32,000 nucleotides of DNA from Pseudoalteromonas tetraodonis (GCF_002310835.1 NZ_CP011041.1:2610001-2642000); one strand, 5' to 3'. Shown: positions 9,974 to 18,690, counted from the first letter of the stretch. Program-made: numbers and translations. Notes: generated by a model from the letters alone, not told the origin.

Positions 9974-10447
9974 TTAAAAATTTAAACCCAGTGCCATGCC
10001 CATTAAAATCGCATCTTCAAAGCCGTTTTTATTTGGCGCATCGCTGGGGTAATAATTTTTACGTACTGACATTTCAATAAAGCCCGCACGCTCATACAAA
10101 GCAATCGCCCGCGAATTAGACTCTCTCACTTCTAAAAATAAGTTTTCGGCACTGTGTTGCTCGCCGTACGCTATAAACTGCGTTAATAACTGCTTAGCAA
10201 ATCCTTGTCCCTGAAAGCTCTGGGCGACACAAATATCCATTAAGGTAAAATCGGGCCCTGCTTTTTCACCAATGTAAAAGCCTATCATTTGCTCGTCATC
10301 GAACGCAGCTAAATTAAAATAGCGCCCCTGCAAACACGACTGCATTGTTTTTAACGTCCAAGGGTGTGTATGACAGGCATTTTCAATGGCCATCAGCTCA
10401 TTGATATTCTCATCGGTAACCGACTTAAAGTGTATCAAGGTGTTCAC
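9974..10447 (-). CDS. rimI: ribosomal-protein-alanine N-acetyltransferase (GNAT)
   Basis: This 157-aa ORF is collinear with E. coli RimI (MNT..., HxxPW, QGQGFAKQLL acetyl-CoA motif, AIALYERAGF, RKNYYP). It has a GTG start that overlaps the end of holD, as in the E. coli holD-rimI operon. Confidence 0.85.
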   Translation of the reverse strand: MNTLIHFKSVTDENINELMAIENACHTHPWTLKTMQSCLQGRYFNLAAFDDEQMIGFYIGEKAGPDFTLMDICVAQSFQGQGFAKQLLTQFIAYGEQHSAENLFLEVRESNSRAIALYERAGFIEMSVRKNYYPSDAPNKNGFEDAILMGMALGLNF

Positions 10448-10709
10448 TCATTAAAGCCCATAACGCACGTTTTTGCGCACAGGTTAGGTTAGAATCAGGC
10501 AGGCCTAATTGTTGCTCACTAAACTCAATGGTTGATGATTTAACAATTGAGTTTATTGTTACAGGCGCAAAGGCACGCTCAATATCATCTTTTAATGTAT
10601 CACAGAGAATTAACGATGAAGTCGCTGACAACTCAGCTTGAGCTGGGCGAAAGTGTTGATTAAGTTCAAGCTTTTCTATACCAAAAACAGATGCGTAACG
10701 TGAATGCAT
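10425..10709 (-). CDS. holD: probable DNA polymerase III psi subunit (short form)
   Basis: This 94-aa ORF lies immediately upstream of rimI and overlaps it. The N-terminal GIEKLELNQHFRP and C-terminal AQKRALWALM resemble E. coli HolD (GITQWSLRRP ... ARAALWQQI). It is shorter than the E. coli protein. Confidence 0.55.
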   Translation of the reverse strand: MHSRYASVFGIEKLELNQHFRPAQAELSATSSLILCDTLKDDIERAFAPVTINSIVKSSTIEFSEQQLGLPDSNLTCAQKRALWALMSEHLDTL

Positions 10710-10773
10710 AACAACTCGATGGATTAGTAAGATGAATAATATAGGAAGTAATCAAAACGATGTAAAGAAGAAA

Positions 10774-10850
10774 TGGCAGGGGCGGAGAGATTCGAACTCC
10801 CAACCGTCGGTTTTGGAGACCGCTGTTCTACCAATTGGAACTACGCCCCT
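10774..10850 (-). tRNA. trpT: tRNA-Trp (anticodon CCA)
   Basis: The reverse complement reads AGGGGCGTAGTTCCAATTGGTAGAACAGCGGTCTCCAAAACCGACGGTTGGGAGTTCGAATCTCTCCGCCCCTGCCA. It has a 7-bp acceptor stem, the anticodon loop CT-CCA-AA, a T-loop GGTTCGAATCC-like sequence and an encoded CCA. It is near-identical to E. coli tRNA-Trp. Confidence 0.95.
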
Positions 10851-10863
10851 GCAATGACGATGA

Positions 10864-10891
10864 ATTATATAGAGCTTTTTATAAAGGTAAA
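10864..10891 (-). promoter_or_regulatory. candidate promoter of tRNA-Trp
   Basis: On the minus strand there is TTTACC (10891-10886), a 16-nt spacer and TATAAT (10869-10864). The -10 ends 13 nt before the mature tRNA 5' end. Confidence 0.35.
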
Positions 10892-11036
10892 GTAAAAAAA
10901 CACGGTTTGCAGTTCAATTGCTTTCAAAATAAACAAAGCGGCGAATTAGCAAGCTAATAAAGCTCTTTTTTAAACATACCCAAGCTATCTGTAAAAAGTA
11001 AAAGGGCCAAACACAGTTATAATAATTTAAAGCGCT

Positions 11037-11939
11037 TCATTCGCTCGAAAGATAATGTTGCTGAATAACAAGTTGAAGGTACTCAAGGAATGCTTTTACT
11101 TTTTTGAACGGATATCTACGTCCAGAATAAAAAGCATACAAAACCAAATCTTCAGGCTCATCAGCTAAGGAATCTATTTTTGTTAACTGCCCTTCTTCTA
11201 GCTCTTGTCTGCACGCTTCAAAAGGAAGTATCGCAAAACCTAGCCCTTTTAGTGCAGCGGATTTTGCCATATGCCCACTATTAACTTTGTAACGGGATGC
11301 AACATTAACTGTGCCTGCTCGTTTGAATTTCCATGGCATTCCTTGTAAGACTGATAAGCTTGTAATACAGGGAAGCTTACCAAGTTCAGTCGTTGAATTT
11401 GGTTTAGGATGTTTATCTAGTAAAAAAGGAGAAGCTACGACACAACTTGGCCAACGAACCAGCTCTTTTGCAACCCATCCAGAATCCTCCACAGGGCCTC
11501 GTCCAAAACGTATCACTACATCAAACCCTTCTAATAACCCTTCTTCGGGATTAAGCTGAGTATCACAACTTAACTGAATGTTAGGGTGTTTATAACAAAA
11601 CTCAGCCATAGCCTCTGCCAAAAACGGTAAATCAGGTGTAATGACTTTTAAATGCCCTGAAACTAAATCACTATTTTGATAGGTTTCTTGTAAAACATCC
11701 CTCATCGCAACAAGCAGCGGAGTTAAGTTTTGGTAAAGAAGTTCTCCCGCTTCTGTCGCGACCATTTTTCGTGTTGTACGTTCCAATAGCCTTACATTCA
11801 ACGCTTGTTCTAAAAGTGCAACATGACGGCTCACATTTGATTTGGGAATTTGGCACAGCTCAGCAGCCCGCTTAAAACTTAATTGTTCAAATACTTTCTG
11901 GAAGCTAAGAAGCCACTGTAATTCAATATTATTTAGCAA
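11037..11939 (-). CDS. LysR-family transcriptional regulator
   Basis: This 300-aa ORF has the N-terminal wHTH pattern LLSFQKVFEQLSFKRAAELCQIPKSNVSRHVALLEQALNVRLLERTTR and a substrate-binding-like C-terminus. It has a TTG start and is divergent from the monooxygenase gene. Confidence 0.9.
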   Translation of the reverse strand: MLNNIELQWLLSFQKVFEQLSFKRAAELCQIPKSNVSRHVALLEQALNVRLLERTTRKMVATEAGELLYQNLTPLLVAMRDVLQETYQNSDLVSGHLKVITPDLPFLAEAMAEFCYKHPNIQLSCDTQLNPEEGLLEGFDVVIRFGRGPVEDSGWVAKELVRWPSCVVASPFLLDKHPKPNSTTELGKLPCITSLSVLQGMPWKFKRAGTVNVASRYKVNSGHMAKSAALKGLGFAILPFEACRQELEEGQLTKIDSLADEPEDLVLYAFYSGRRYPFKKVKAFLEYLQLVIQQHYLSSE

Positions 11940-12041
11940 AACTATCTCATAAAATGGGATTTACAAACCTAAATTACCATATTTATCCTGTTTATTGGAC
12001 CAGTGATAATCACTTTTTTCTTAAAAACTGGGAAGATTTAA

Positions 12042-13169
12042 ATGAGTTCAATTAAACATATAGCCATTATAGGTGCAGGTGTTGCAGGCCTTGCGTTAGC
12101 GATATTTGCAAGAAAACAAGGTATCAAAGTTACCTTATTCGAAAGAAACACCAGCTTTTCTACAATCGGTGCTGGCGTTACGTTATGGCCTAATGCGACC
12201 TTTGTGCTTGAGCAGCTAGGTCTAATAGATGATTTCACCCAGTGTGGGGGTCAGCCAGTTGCTATGCGACAGTACGACAAACAAGCCACTCAATTGGGTG
12301 AGTTTAATATTCAAACACTAAACTCTCTGTGCGGCTTTCCAACTATTAGCATATTACGTCGTGACTTAATAAAGATACTCGCCGAGCGACTAGAGAAACT
12401 GGGTGCCACTATTCACTTCAACCAAGCCGTCAATACTCAGGACATTGCGCAATTAAAAGATAAGTTTGACCTTATAGTAGGCTGCGATGGACGAATGCAG
12501 TCGAAAGCTCGAGAGTATCTGTATAAAGTGCCTATGCCAACTAAATACCAAGGCTTCATTAATGTAATAGGCATCAGTGAAATTGACCTAACTCCTTTTG
12601 AGCAGACAATTCATGACTTTAGAGATAATAATGAACGCTTTGGTATAGTACCTGTAGCAAACCAACATTGTTATTGGGCTGCTGCATGGCCTAGTGAACT
12701 TGATAAAACGAAATCAATGGAGCAGTGGTTTGAAGAAATGCATGAGCGTTTTCAGGATTGGCCTAAAAAAGTTCAACAGGTACTTAATAGCTATAATCCA
12801 CGCAGTTTAAAACGCATATTTGTACATGATATCGACCCACTTCCCTGTTGGCACAATGAGAATCTCATTATTATCGGAGATGCTGCACATGCTTCCTTAC
12901 CCACATCGGGACAAGGTGCTAGCCAAGCGCTTGAAGATGCTTGGCACCTAGCTCAATTATTTAAGACAAAATGTAGCCTCAATGTTATTTTGAAGAGGTT
13001 TTATGAAACTCGTATTCATAAAACCTCCAGCGCCCAAAACATGGGTAGACTAGTAGCCCAGCATATCTTTAAACAATCATCTAACTCGGCCACAGATGCA
13101 CCAAGTATATCCGCAGAAGAGCTCAGTCAACTCTATATGCAAGGACTAAACTTAACTCATACCAAATGA
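12042..13169 (+). CDS. FAD-dependent monooxygenase (salicylate-hydroxylase/UbiH-like class A flavoprotein)
   Basis: This 375-aa ORF has the Rossmann GxGxxG motif IAIIGAGVAGLALA, a DG motif LIVGCDGRMS-like, and the motif GDAAHASLPTSGQGASQALEDA. Confidence 0.85.
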   Translation: MSSIKHIAIIGAGVAGLALAIFARKQGIKVTLFERNTSFSTIGAGVTLWPNATFVLEQLGLIDDFTQCGGQPVAMRQYDKQATQLGEFNIQTLNSLCGFPTISILRRDLIKILAERLEKLGATIHFNQAVNTQDIAQLKDKFDLIVGCDGRMQSKAREYLYKVPMPTKYQGFINVIGISEIDLTPFEQTIHDFRDNNERFGIVPVANQHCYWAAAWPSELDKTKSMEQWFEEMHERFQDWPKKVQQVLNSYNPRSLKRIFVHDIDPLPCWHNENLIIIGDAAHASLPTSGQGASQALEDAWHLAQLFKTKCSLNVILKRFYETRIHKTSSAQNMGRLVAQHIFKQSSNSATDAPSISAEELSQLYMQGLNLTHTK

Positions 13170-13185
13170 TAACCGTCTAAATAAC

Positions 13186-13213
13186 AAAAACCCGCTTCAA
13201 AAAAGCGGGTTTT
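13186..13213 (+). terminator. rho-independent terminator after the monooxygenase gene (A/T-flanked, potentially bidirectional)
   Basis: AAAAACCCGC-ttcaaaaaa-GCGGGTTTT lies 17 nt after the TGA stop. Confidence 0.7.
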
Positions 13214-13502
13214 GGCCAAAGTAGAAAATTCTGTCATATCACGACGAAGTTCTTGTTTCTCTTTAATACTAAGCCTCCCCGGATCAGAAGTGGTTCTATC
13301 CACCTTGTGTCGCCAACTTGTCGCTGTACATTTTAGATAGCGCATCAAAACATTGGTTACCAGCAAGAAGCCTCAAAGGGTTCATATATCCACTATTACA
13401 ATCGATACCGTCCCATCGATATAATGGAGACGATAATTCTGTTTAGGCCGTGAATCGGCTTAACTTACTGTCGGGAATTAGTTGACTGCTACAAAGCTCG
13501 AG

Positions 13503-13532
13503 ATAAAACCCCACACTCTCTGATGTGTGGGG
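13503..13532 (-). terminator. rho-independent terminator of the giant lipoprotein gene
   Basis: On the minus strand, CCCCACAC-atcagaga-GTGTGGGG is followed by TTTTATCT, 20 nt after the TAA stop at 13553-13555. Confidence 0.75.
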
Positions 13533-13552
13533 AACTTTATGTAATAGGCTAT

Positions 13553-16500
13553 TTACATAGCAGGTTGAATGCCGTTAGGACAAGCACCTGGTGAGCCTGT
13601 GCCAGGAATAGTGGCCGGCACTGTTGGCACTGGGTAATCGCTCTCTAGTAATTGTATGGAATTGTGGTTGACTGCCGGTACGGTTTCAATATTACACCCG
13701 CGAGCGCCACCTGATTCGAAGCCACCACCGACTTTACCTTTACAAATGAAGGAGCAACTAAAGTGCGCATCTTGTAAATCGTGCACGTTATACTGCTGAC
13801 AGCCAACAGCGGGGTCAGTGCCAACGGAAATGAGTTTACCTAACCATGCAGAGTTTTTTGCCCGACTCTCCAACTCTTTATTCACTGTTTCAGCGGTGGC
13901 ACATCGACGTGTCACATAACGTGATCCATCAATGAGGTTTTCGACATCATTGATACAATATTGATATTTGTAAAACTCAGCGGAAGCCAATGATTCAGGA
14001 TTACCAGCAGCATCAGAGCCACAAACAGCAGTCTTGTGCGAGCGCTCGCAGATAAATTTCGGTCCACGGCACACATCGCATGATACTGGTGATGTCGGTG
14101 TTGGGTTAACCTCATCTCCTCCACGGCTGTTTTTGATAGGCAAGGTGGCGCTGACCGTTTGACCTTTAGTATCAGTGACCGTCAGCGTAATATCCCCTCC
14201 GATATAGGTGCATTCACTCGCAGGTTTGCTAATGGTTGCCGTTGGGTTGTCGGTTGTTTCACCACTTAGCACCACGCCTTTGGCTGGCGGTGTCCAGCTA
14301 TAGGTATAGGGTGGTGTGCCACCGGTAATTACCGGTGCATGCAAACTTACTAACTTATCGATACCATTTAGCGAAGTCAGATCCGCGTTTATGCTTTTAA
14401 GTGCGGCTGTCAGTTTGCGACTGTCGACTAACGGTAAAGTTGCCGGAGCTGCTGGTTTGATCAGCACTGTATAACTTTGGTTGCCAGCCTGATAATGACC
14501 TGGCGTATCACCAGCTACTATGTCGAGTTTATAGGTACCAGCAGTGCCTGTTTGCGGGTTGATGCTAATGGTAGCTGCATTTAGAGGAGCGAAGGTATCG
14601 GCTGGCGCGGTACTCGGCGTAACGGTCCACGAAATAGTCGTTGGCGTTATCGGTGCAGAACCTACGCTGCTTATAAAATCTACAGTAACATCTAACTTTG
14701 GATCACCTTCAGTTAAGGTTATGTCTGTTGCACTTTTTGGCATTACAACAATAGTCGGTTCATAAACCACGACATTTATCATGTCTTGCTGCGAAGCACC
14801 ACCTACTATTGGCATCCCGACCACAGTAAAAGTGAGCGTTGTATCGCTCGTCACATCAGGTGCCGTAAATGAGGCGTTATATTGATTGGCACCACTTAGC
14901 GCAACTATTGGTATTCCTGCCGTTTGCGTCCATTGATAACTGGCGAGACTGCTGCCCGTTGCATTTAGAATAACTGTTTGCCCTGCGCGCACGCGCAGAT
15001 CAGCACCAGCACTAATACTAGGCGCAGCCAATACTTCCACCATCGCCGTTTGTGATATTTTATTACCTGTTCCTTGTGCGGCAAAAGTGAAGATATATTG
15101 GTTCTCGTTTCCATAGGCTGGAGCGATAAAGGTACTGGTTAAACTGCGAACATCGCCCTTGACGCTGCTATTGCTGAGCGTAATGGTACTGGCCGCCGTA
15201 GGAAGTTGGCTCCACGTTAAACTTTGCACCGTTGCAGGGCTGCTTGAGTCTGCATCGATCACCGTACCGACTAAACTAACGATTTGTCCTTCATTGACAT
15301 AAAGAACAGGAGTAACATGTGCCGATATATCGGGCTGGCCTTGCACTGTAACTGTTACTTGGTCTTTTTTGACTCGACCATTACTAGTAACCGAGAGTTC
15401 AAATACCAGGTCTTCGCTGGTGCCCGCAGCTTTAGCTGGAGAGGTAAATGATGCATTCAAAGTATTTGCATTTTTTAAAGGGGTGACATCTGAGCCTGAA
15501 ATCTGCGTCCAAGTATAAACTGGTTCATTGGCATGTTGCACACTGCCGTGCAACTGCACATCACTTAAACTTTCAGCAATAGAAAAATCATTACCAGCGC
15601 TGACCAGTAAAGGTAAAGCGGGTACGGTCACAACAACGCTATCTTTAGCCGTATTACCCAAACTGTCGATTACCGTCAGGTTGTAGTTAAGCTCTACTTC
15701 ATGGGTCAGAGACGGCGCGATAAATGATGGGTTCGCATCACTGATACTGCTTAGTGCGGCATTCGTATCATCTGTCCAACTATAGGTGTAGGGCGGTTTC
15801 CCTCCTGCAACATTCGCATTTAAGTACCCCGTTTGCGAGGGTGATAAATCAAAGTCGGCGCCCAAGTCGACACTCATGTGGCGATCTTGAATGGTCACTG
15901 CAACCGTGGCGGTAGCCGTATTGACCGAATCCGTTGCCGTAACTTGCAGTTTGATCTTAGTATCAGCATCCACATTGGGAAGATCTAAGCTTGCATTCGA
16001 TGAGGATCCGTTGATAATGCTTGTTTTCGTCAGCGATGTTGTGCCGGCATCAGCAAGAGTCCATGCATAGCTTACCGCACCATCGGCATCTTTAGCCGAT
16101 GCCAATAAATTGAGGGTATTACCTTCAGCCAATGTGCGTGTTGCTGCACCAGCTGTTACTTGCAAAACATTGTTCACATGGTAAGTGACACTATCGGTAG
16201 CAGAGCCGTTAGCCGTATCATTTACTATCACTTCAAGGGTCACAGTAGCAGGGCCATTCGGTGCGATAAAGCTTGGAGTAGCGGTGTTTGGATCTGTAAG
16301 GCTAATGCCTATACTAGTGGTTTCTACCCATAAATAACTGAGTGAACCAAAGGTGTTGCCAAGACTGACTCTCGGCTTCACTGTCTCATTTGCAGTTACG
16401 GTCGCATCATTAGAGGCGGTTACCATTAACGGCAACTTCGGTGGTGCGACTACTGGATCAACTGTCACAGTCATTTGTGCTTTTGCTAAGGCTGACCCAT

Positions 16501-18640
16501 CGCTCACTTCGACTTCTATTACAATATCTTGATGGCCGCTCACACTAGGAGCGGTGAAACTTGGCGAATCCGTTTTATCATCTGCAATCGTAATGGTTGG
16601 GCCACTTAATTGCGCCCACTGATAGTTTAAGGGACCACTGGCGTTCATCACTGTCGTTTTTGGGTGCACCACATGACCACTGTATACGCTTTCATGCCCA
16701 GCCATACTGAGCGCAAGTGTGGGTTTGCTTGGCGCATTAACAGGTACTGCCTGAAACTGAGTATCAGTAGTTTTAGTAATCACCTTACCTTCAGGTGAGG
16801 TATAGGTAATGGTTGCCTGAAGCTTAATGTTGGTATTACTGCTTACTGATGGCGCATTAATGATGGGCTGAGCTGTATTGTCACCAGCAATTATCAAGTC
16901 ATTAGGTTTTGGATTTGGCTCAATCACCGTCCATAGGTAAGAAAGAGATGCCCCGTTATCTAAAGGGGGGACATGGACATCGATGCTTGGTTTAAAAGTT
17001 TTGCCGGATTCTACCTGAACAGGAGCTGCTGTACTGACTCCAGGGCCTGTTGCCAAGTGACTACCTATTTGGTTTTGATGAGGTGCCAGCTTAAATACAG
17101 GTTTAGCGGTATAAAGTAGCGAATCGGAAACAGTATTGGTGCCATCTGTCACAGTAACATTGACTCTAATACCTGTTTCTGAATTGACATTTGGCACAAC
17201 AAACACAGGGTGCTCTGTTGTCGCATCTGTAAAGGCAACATCGCTACTCTCCCACAACACTGATACACGATCAAGCGTACTGGTGATAGTTGCTGCAGGA
17301 TACACAAAATCCCCTTCTTCAACTAAACAGTTGGTGGTGCAGCCCTTTGGTTTAATAATCTGTACCGACAAAGGCGCAGTTGCCTTCACTTGAATATCGT
17401 GTGTAATACTCACTTGATGGCCATCGGCATCAGTTACTTGTACTACCCATTGAAAATCGGTATCGGTTGTAACCTCTGGCGGCGTAACCTCGGTAGTTTT
17501 TCCATTAACACTACTTATCATAGCGTCTGGACCTTTTGTTTGCGTCCATTTATAGGTAAAAGGCCCCGTGCCACCATTAACCTCGGCAGTCAAACTAACA
17601 GAACCATGACCATTGTATACTTGATGCTTAGCACCTTGCTGAGGCTGTAAAGGTCCAGGCTTTATTTCTACTAGCTGTGTCTGTGATGTGCTTTTCCCGC
17701 TACTGACTTCCGTAGCTGTTACTTTAAATTCGAGTTTTCCCGGCTGCTTAGGCGCAATGAAAGATGTGGTTTGGCTGGCACTGTCTATTAAGTCTACTGT
17801 GGTACCGCTCACTTGCTGCCATTCATAGGTGAAGCTTCCACCGCCACCAGACTTTTCGGCTTTTGCTGTTAAGTGGACTGTCTGCCCTGAAGTGCTTTGC
17901 TTAACTGTATGTGACGATTGAGAGTTTGCATCAACTTTGCCCGTTCCAGTATTAATCTGGTTAACAAAGCTGATGCCCGTTGGCTTAACCGTGAGAACCA
18001 CAATCGTATCAAACAACAAGCCGCTGGCGTCTTCAGTTTGTGCTGAGAAAAATAACTCTGTGTCCTGAAAAACATTAGGTGCTGTAACCTCGACTCGATT
18101 ATCTATTTGTTGCCAAGATACTGTTTGTTCACTTAATAGTTCCCAACTTATCTCCTTGTCACTATCAACCAACCCATTAACCGTATAAGCCGCATTTAAA
18201 ATGACCTTGTGTTCAGAAGAAACTTCCGTTGGGCCTGTAACCTCTAATGACTCAACATCTCCAATAACGTCAACCGGTGAGGTAATGTCTATGGTGATAT
18301 CCTTGCTTAGCGACATACCTGAGAAACTAGCTGTTACACGAATGCTAGCTTGCTCAATATTTGACGGTGCTACAAAGAACCCTTGGTTACTATTACTAAC
18401 TAAGCCAAGTGGTAATACACTCTCTTCCATCCAAAGGTAACTCGCGCCATCAATATTTTGTCCATTTTGTTGTAACTGAACCTCAATCACTGCAGATTGA
18501 CCCACTTCTACGGATAAAGGCGCTCGGACCAACTCAATTGTAAATTCTTTACTTGTATCTGAAGACACTGAGGTTCGGTCACAGGCCACTAGAAAGAATA
18601 GCATTAAAAGTAAACCAAAACCTTGACTAGGCAATTTCAT
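13553..18640 (-). CDS. giant lipoprotein of about 1,695 aa with about 15 tandem PKD/Ig-like modules and a Cys-rich C-terminal domain
   Basis: This is an uninterrupted 5.1-kb ORF. I prefer ATG 18640 (MKLPSQGFGLLLMLFFLVAC, lipobox LVA-C, AAGGA upstream) over the RBS-less ATG 18661 given in the track. Modules of about 95-100 aa recur with the signature (F/Y/L)xYxW...SF(I/T)AP...VxVxD, for example FTYEWQQVSG..TSFIAPK, LNYQWAQLSGP..PSFTAPS, YTYSWTDD..PSFIAPS and ASYQWTQTAG..ASFTAPD. Confidence 0.85.
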   Translation of the reverse strand: MKLPSQGFGLLLMLFFLVACDRTSVSSDTSKEFTIELVRAPLSVEVGQSAVIEVQLQQNGQNIDGASYLWMEESVLPLGLVSNSNQGFFVAPSNIEQASIRVTASFSGMSLSKDITIDITSPVDVIGDVESLEVTGPTEVSSEHKVILNAAYTVNGLVDSDKEISWELLSEQTVSWQQIDNRVEVTAPNVFQDTELFFSAQTEDASGLLFDTIVVLTVKPTGISFVNQINTGTGKVDANSQSSHTVKQSTSGQTVHLTAKAEKSGGGGSFTYEWQQVSGTTVDLIDSASQTTSFIAPKQPGKLEFKVTATEVSSGKSTSQTQLVEIKPGPLQPQQGAKHQVYNGHGSVSLTAEVNGGTGPFTYKWTQTKGPDAMISSVNGKTTEVTPPEVTTDTDFQWVVQVTDADGHQVSITHDIQVKATAPLSVQIIKPKGCTTNCLVEEGDFVYPAATITSTLDRVSVLWESSDVAFTDATTEHPVFVVPNVNSETGIRVNVTVTDGTNTVSDSLLYTAKPVFKLAPHQNQIGSHLATGPGVSTAAPVQVESGKTFKPSIDVHVPPLDNGASLSYLWTVIEPNPKPNDLIIAGDNTAQPIINAPSVSSNTNIKLQATITYTSPEGKVITKTTDTQFQAVPVNAPSKPTLALSMAGHESVYSGHVVHPKTTVMNASGPLNYQWAQLSGPTITIADDKTDSPSFTAPSVSGHQDIVIEVEVSDGSALAKAQMTVTVDPVVAPPKLPLMVTASNDATVTANETVKPRVSLGNTFGSLSYLWVETTSIGISLTDPNTATPSFIAPNGPATVTLEVIVNDTANGSATDSVTYHVNNVLQVTAGAATRTLAEGNTLNLLASAKDADGAVSYAWTLADAGTTSLTKTSIINGSSSNASLDLPNVDADTKIKLQVTATDSVNTATATVAVTIQDRHMSVDLGADFDLSPSQTGYLNANVAGGKPPYTYSWTDDTNAALSSISDANPSFIAPSLTHEVELNYNLTVIDSLGNTAKDSVVVTVPALPLLVSAGNDFSIAESLSDVQLHGSVQHANEPVYTWTQISGSDVTPLKNANTLNASFTSPAKAAGTSEDLVFELSVTSNGRVKKDQVTVTVQGQPDISAHVTPVLYVNEGQIVSLVGTVIDADSSSPATVQSLTWSQLPTAASTITLSNSSVKGDVRSLTSTFIAPAYGNENQYIFTFAAQGTGNKISQTAMVEVLAAPSISAGADLRVRAGQTVILNATGSSLASYQWTQTAGIPIVALSGANQYNASFTAPDVTSDTTLTFTVVGMPIVGGASQQDMINVVVYEPTIVVMPKSATDITLTEGDPKLDVTVDFISSVGSAPITPTTISWTVTPSTAPADTFAPLNAATISINPQTGTAGTYKLDIVAGDTPGHYQAGNQSYTVLIKPAAPATLPLVDSRKLTAALKSINADLTSLNGIDKLVSLHAPVITGGTPPYTYSWTPPAKGVVLSGETTDNPTATISKPASECTYIGGDITLTVTDTKGQTVSATLPIKNSRGGDEVNPTPTSPVSCDVCRGPKFICERSHKTAVCGSDAAGNPESLASAEFYKYQYCINDVENLIDGSRYVTRRCATAETVNKELESRAKNSAWLGKLISVGTDPAVGCQQYNVHDLQDAHFSCSFICKGKVGGGFESGGARGCNIETVPAVNHNSIQLLESDYPVPTVPATIPGTGSPGACPNGIQPAM

Positions 18641-18690
18641 AAGTAACAGTATCCTTATCATAAAAAAGATACAAAGTTTTAAGATTATTT

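Noticed and set aside
11950-11987. Imperfect dyad ATAAAATGG...CCATATTTAT in the LysR/monooxygenase divergent spacer as a LysR T-N11-A box
   Set aside because: The arms are imperfect and the spacing does not fit the canonical T-N11-A geometry. It is plausible but cannot be supported by eye.
13556-14122. CDVCR in the C-terminal domain as a c-type heme-binding site
   Set aside because: Heme attachment needs CxxCH. Here the residue after the second Cys is Arg, and no other CxxCH is present.
13912-18440. Several 68-86-aa ORFs inside the giant gene (13912..14124, 14544..14765, 17136..17650, 17869..18075, 18201..18440)
   Set aside because: All are nested in or antisense to the 5.1-kb ORF. Their open frames are expected from its biased composition, and they have no independent signals.
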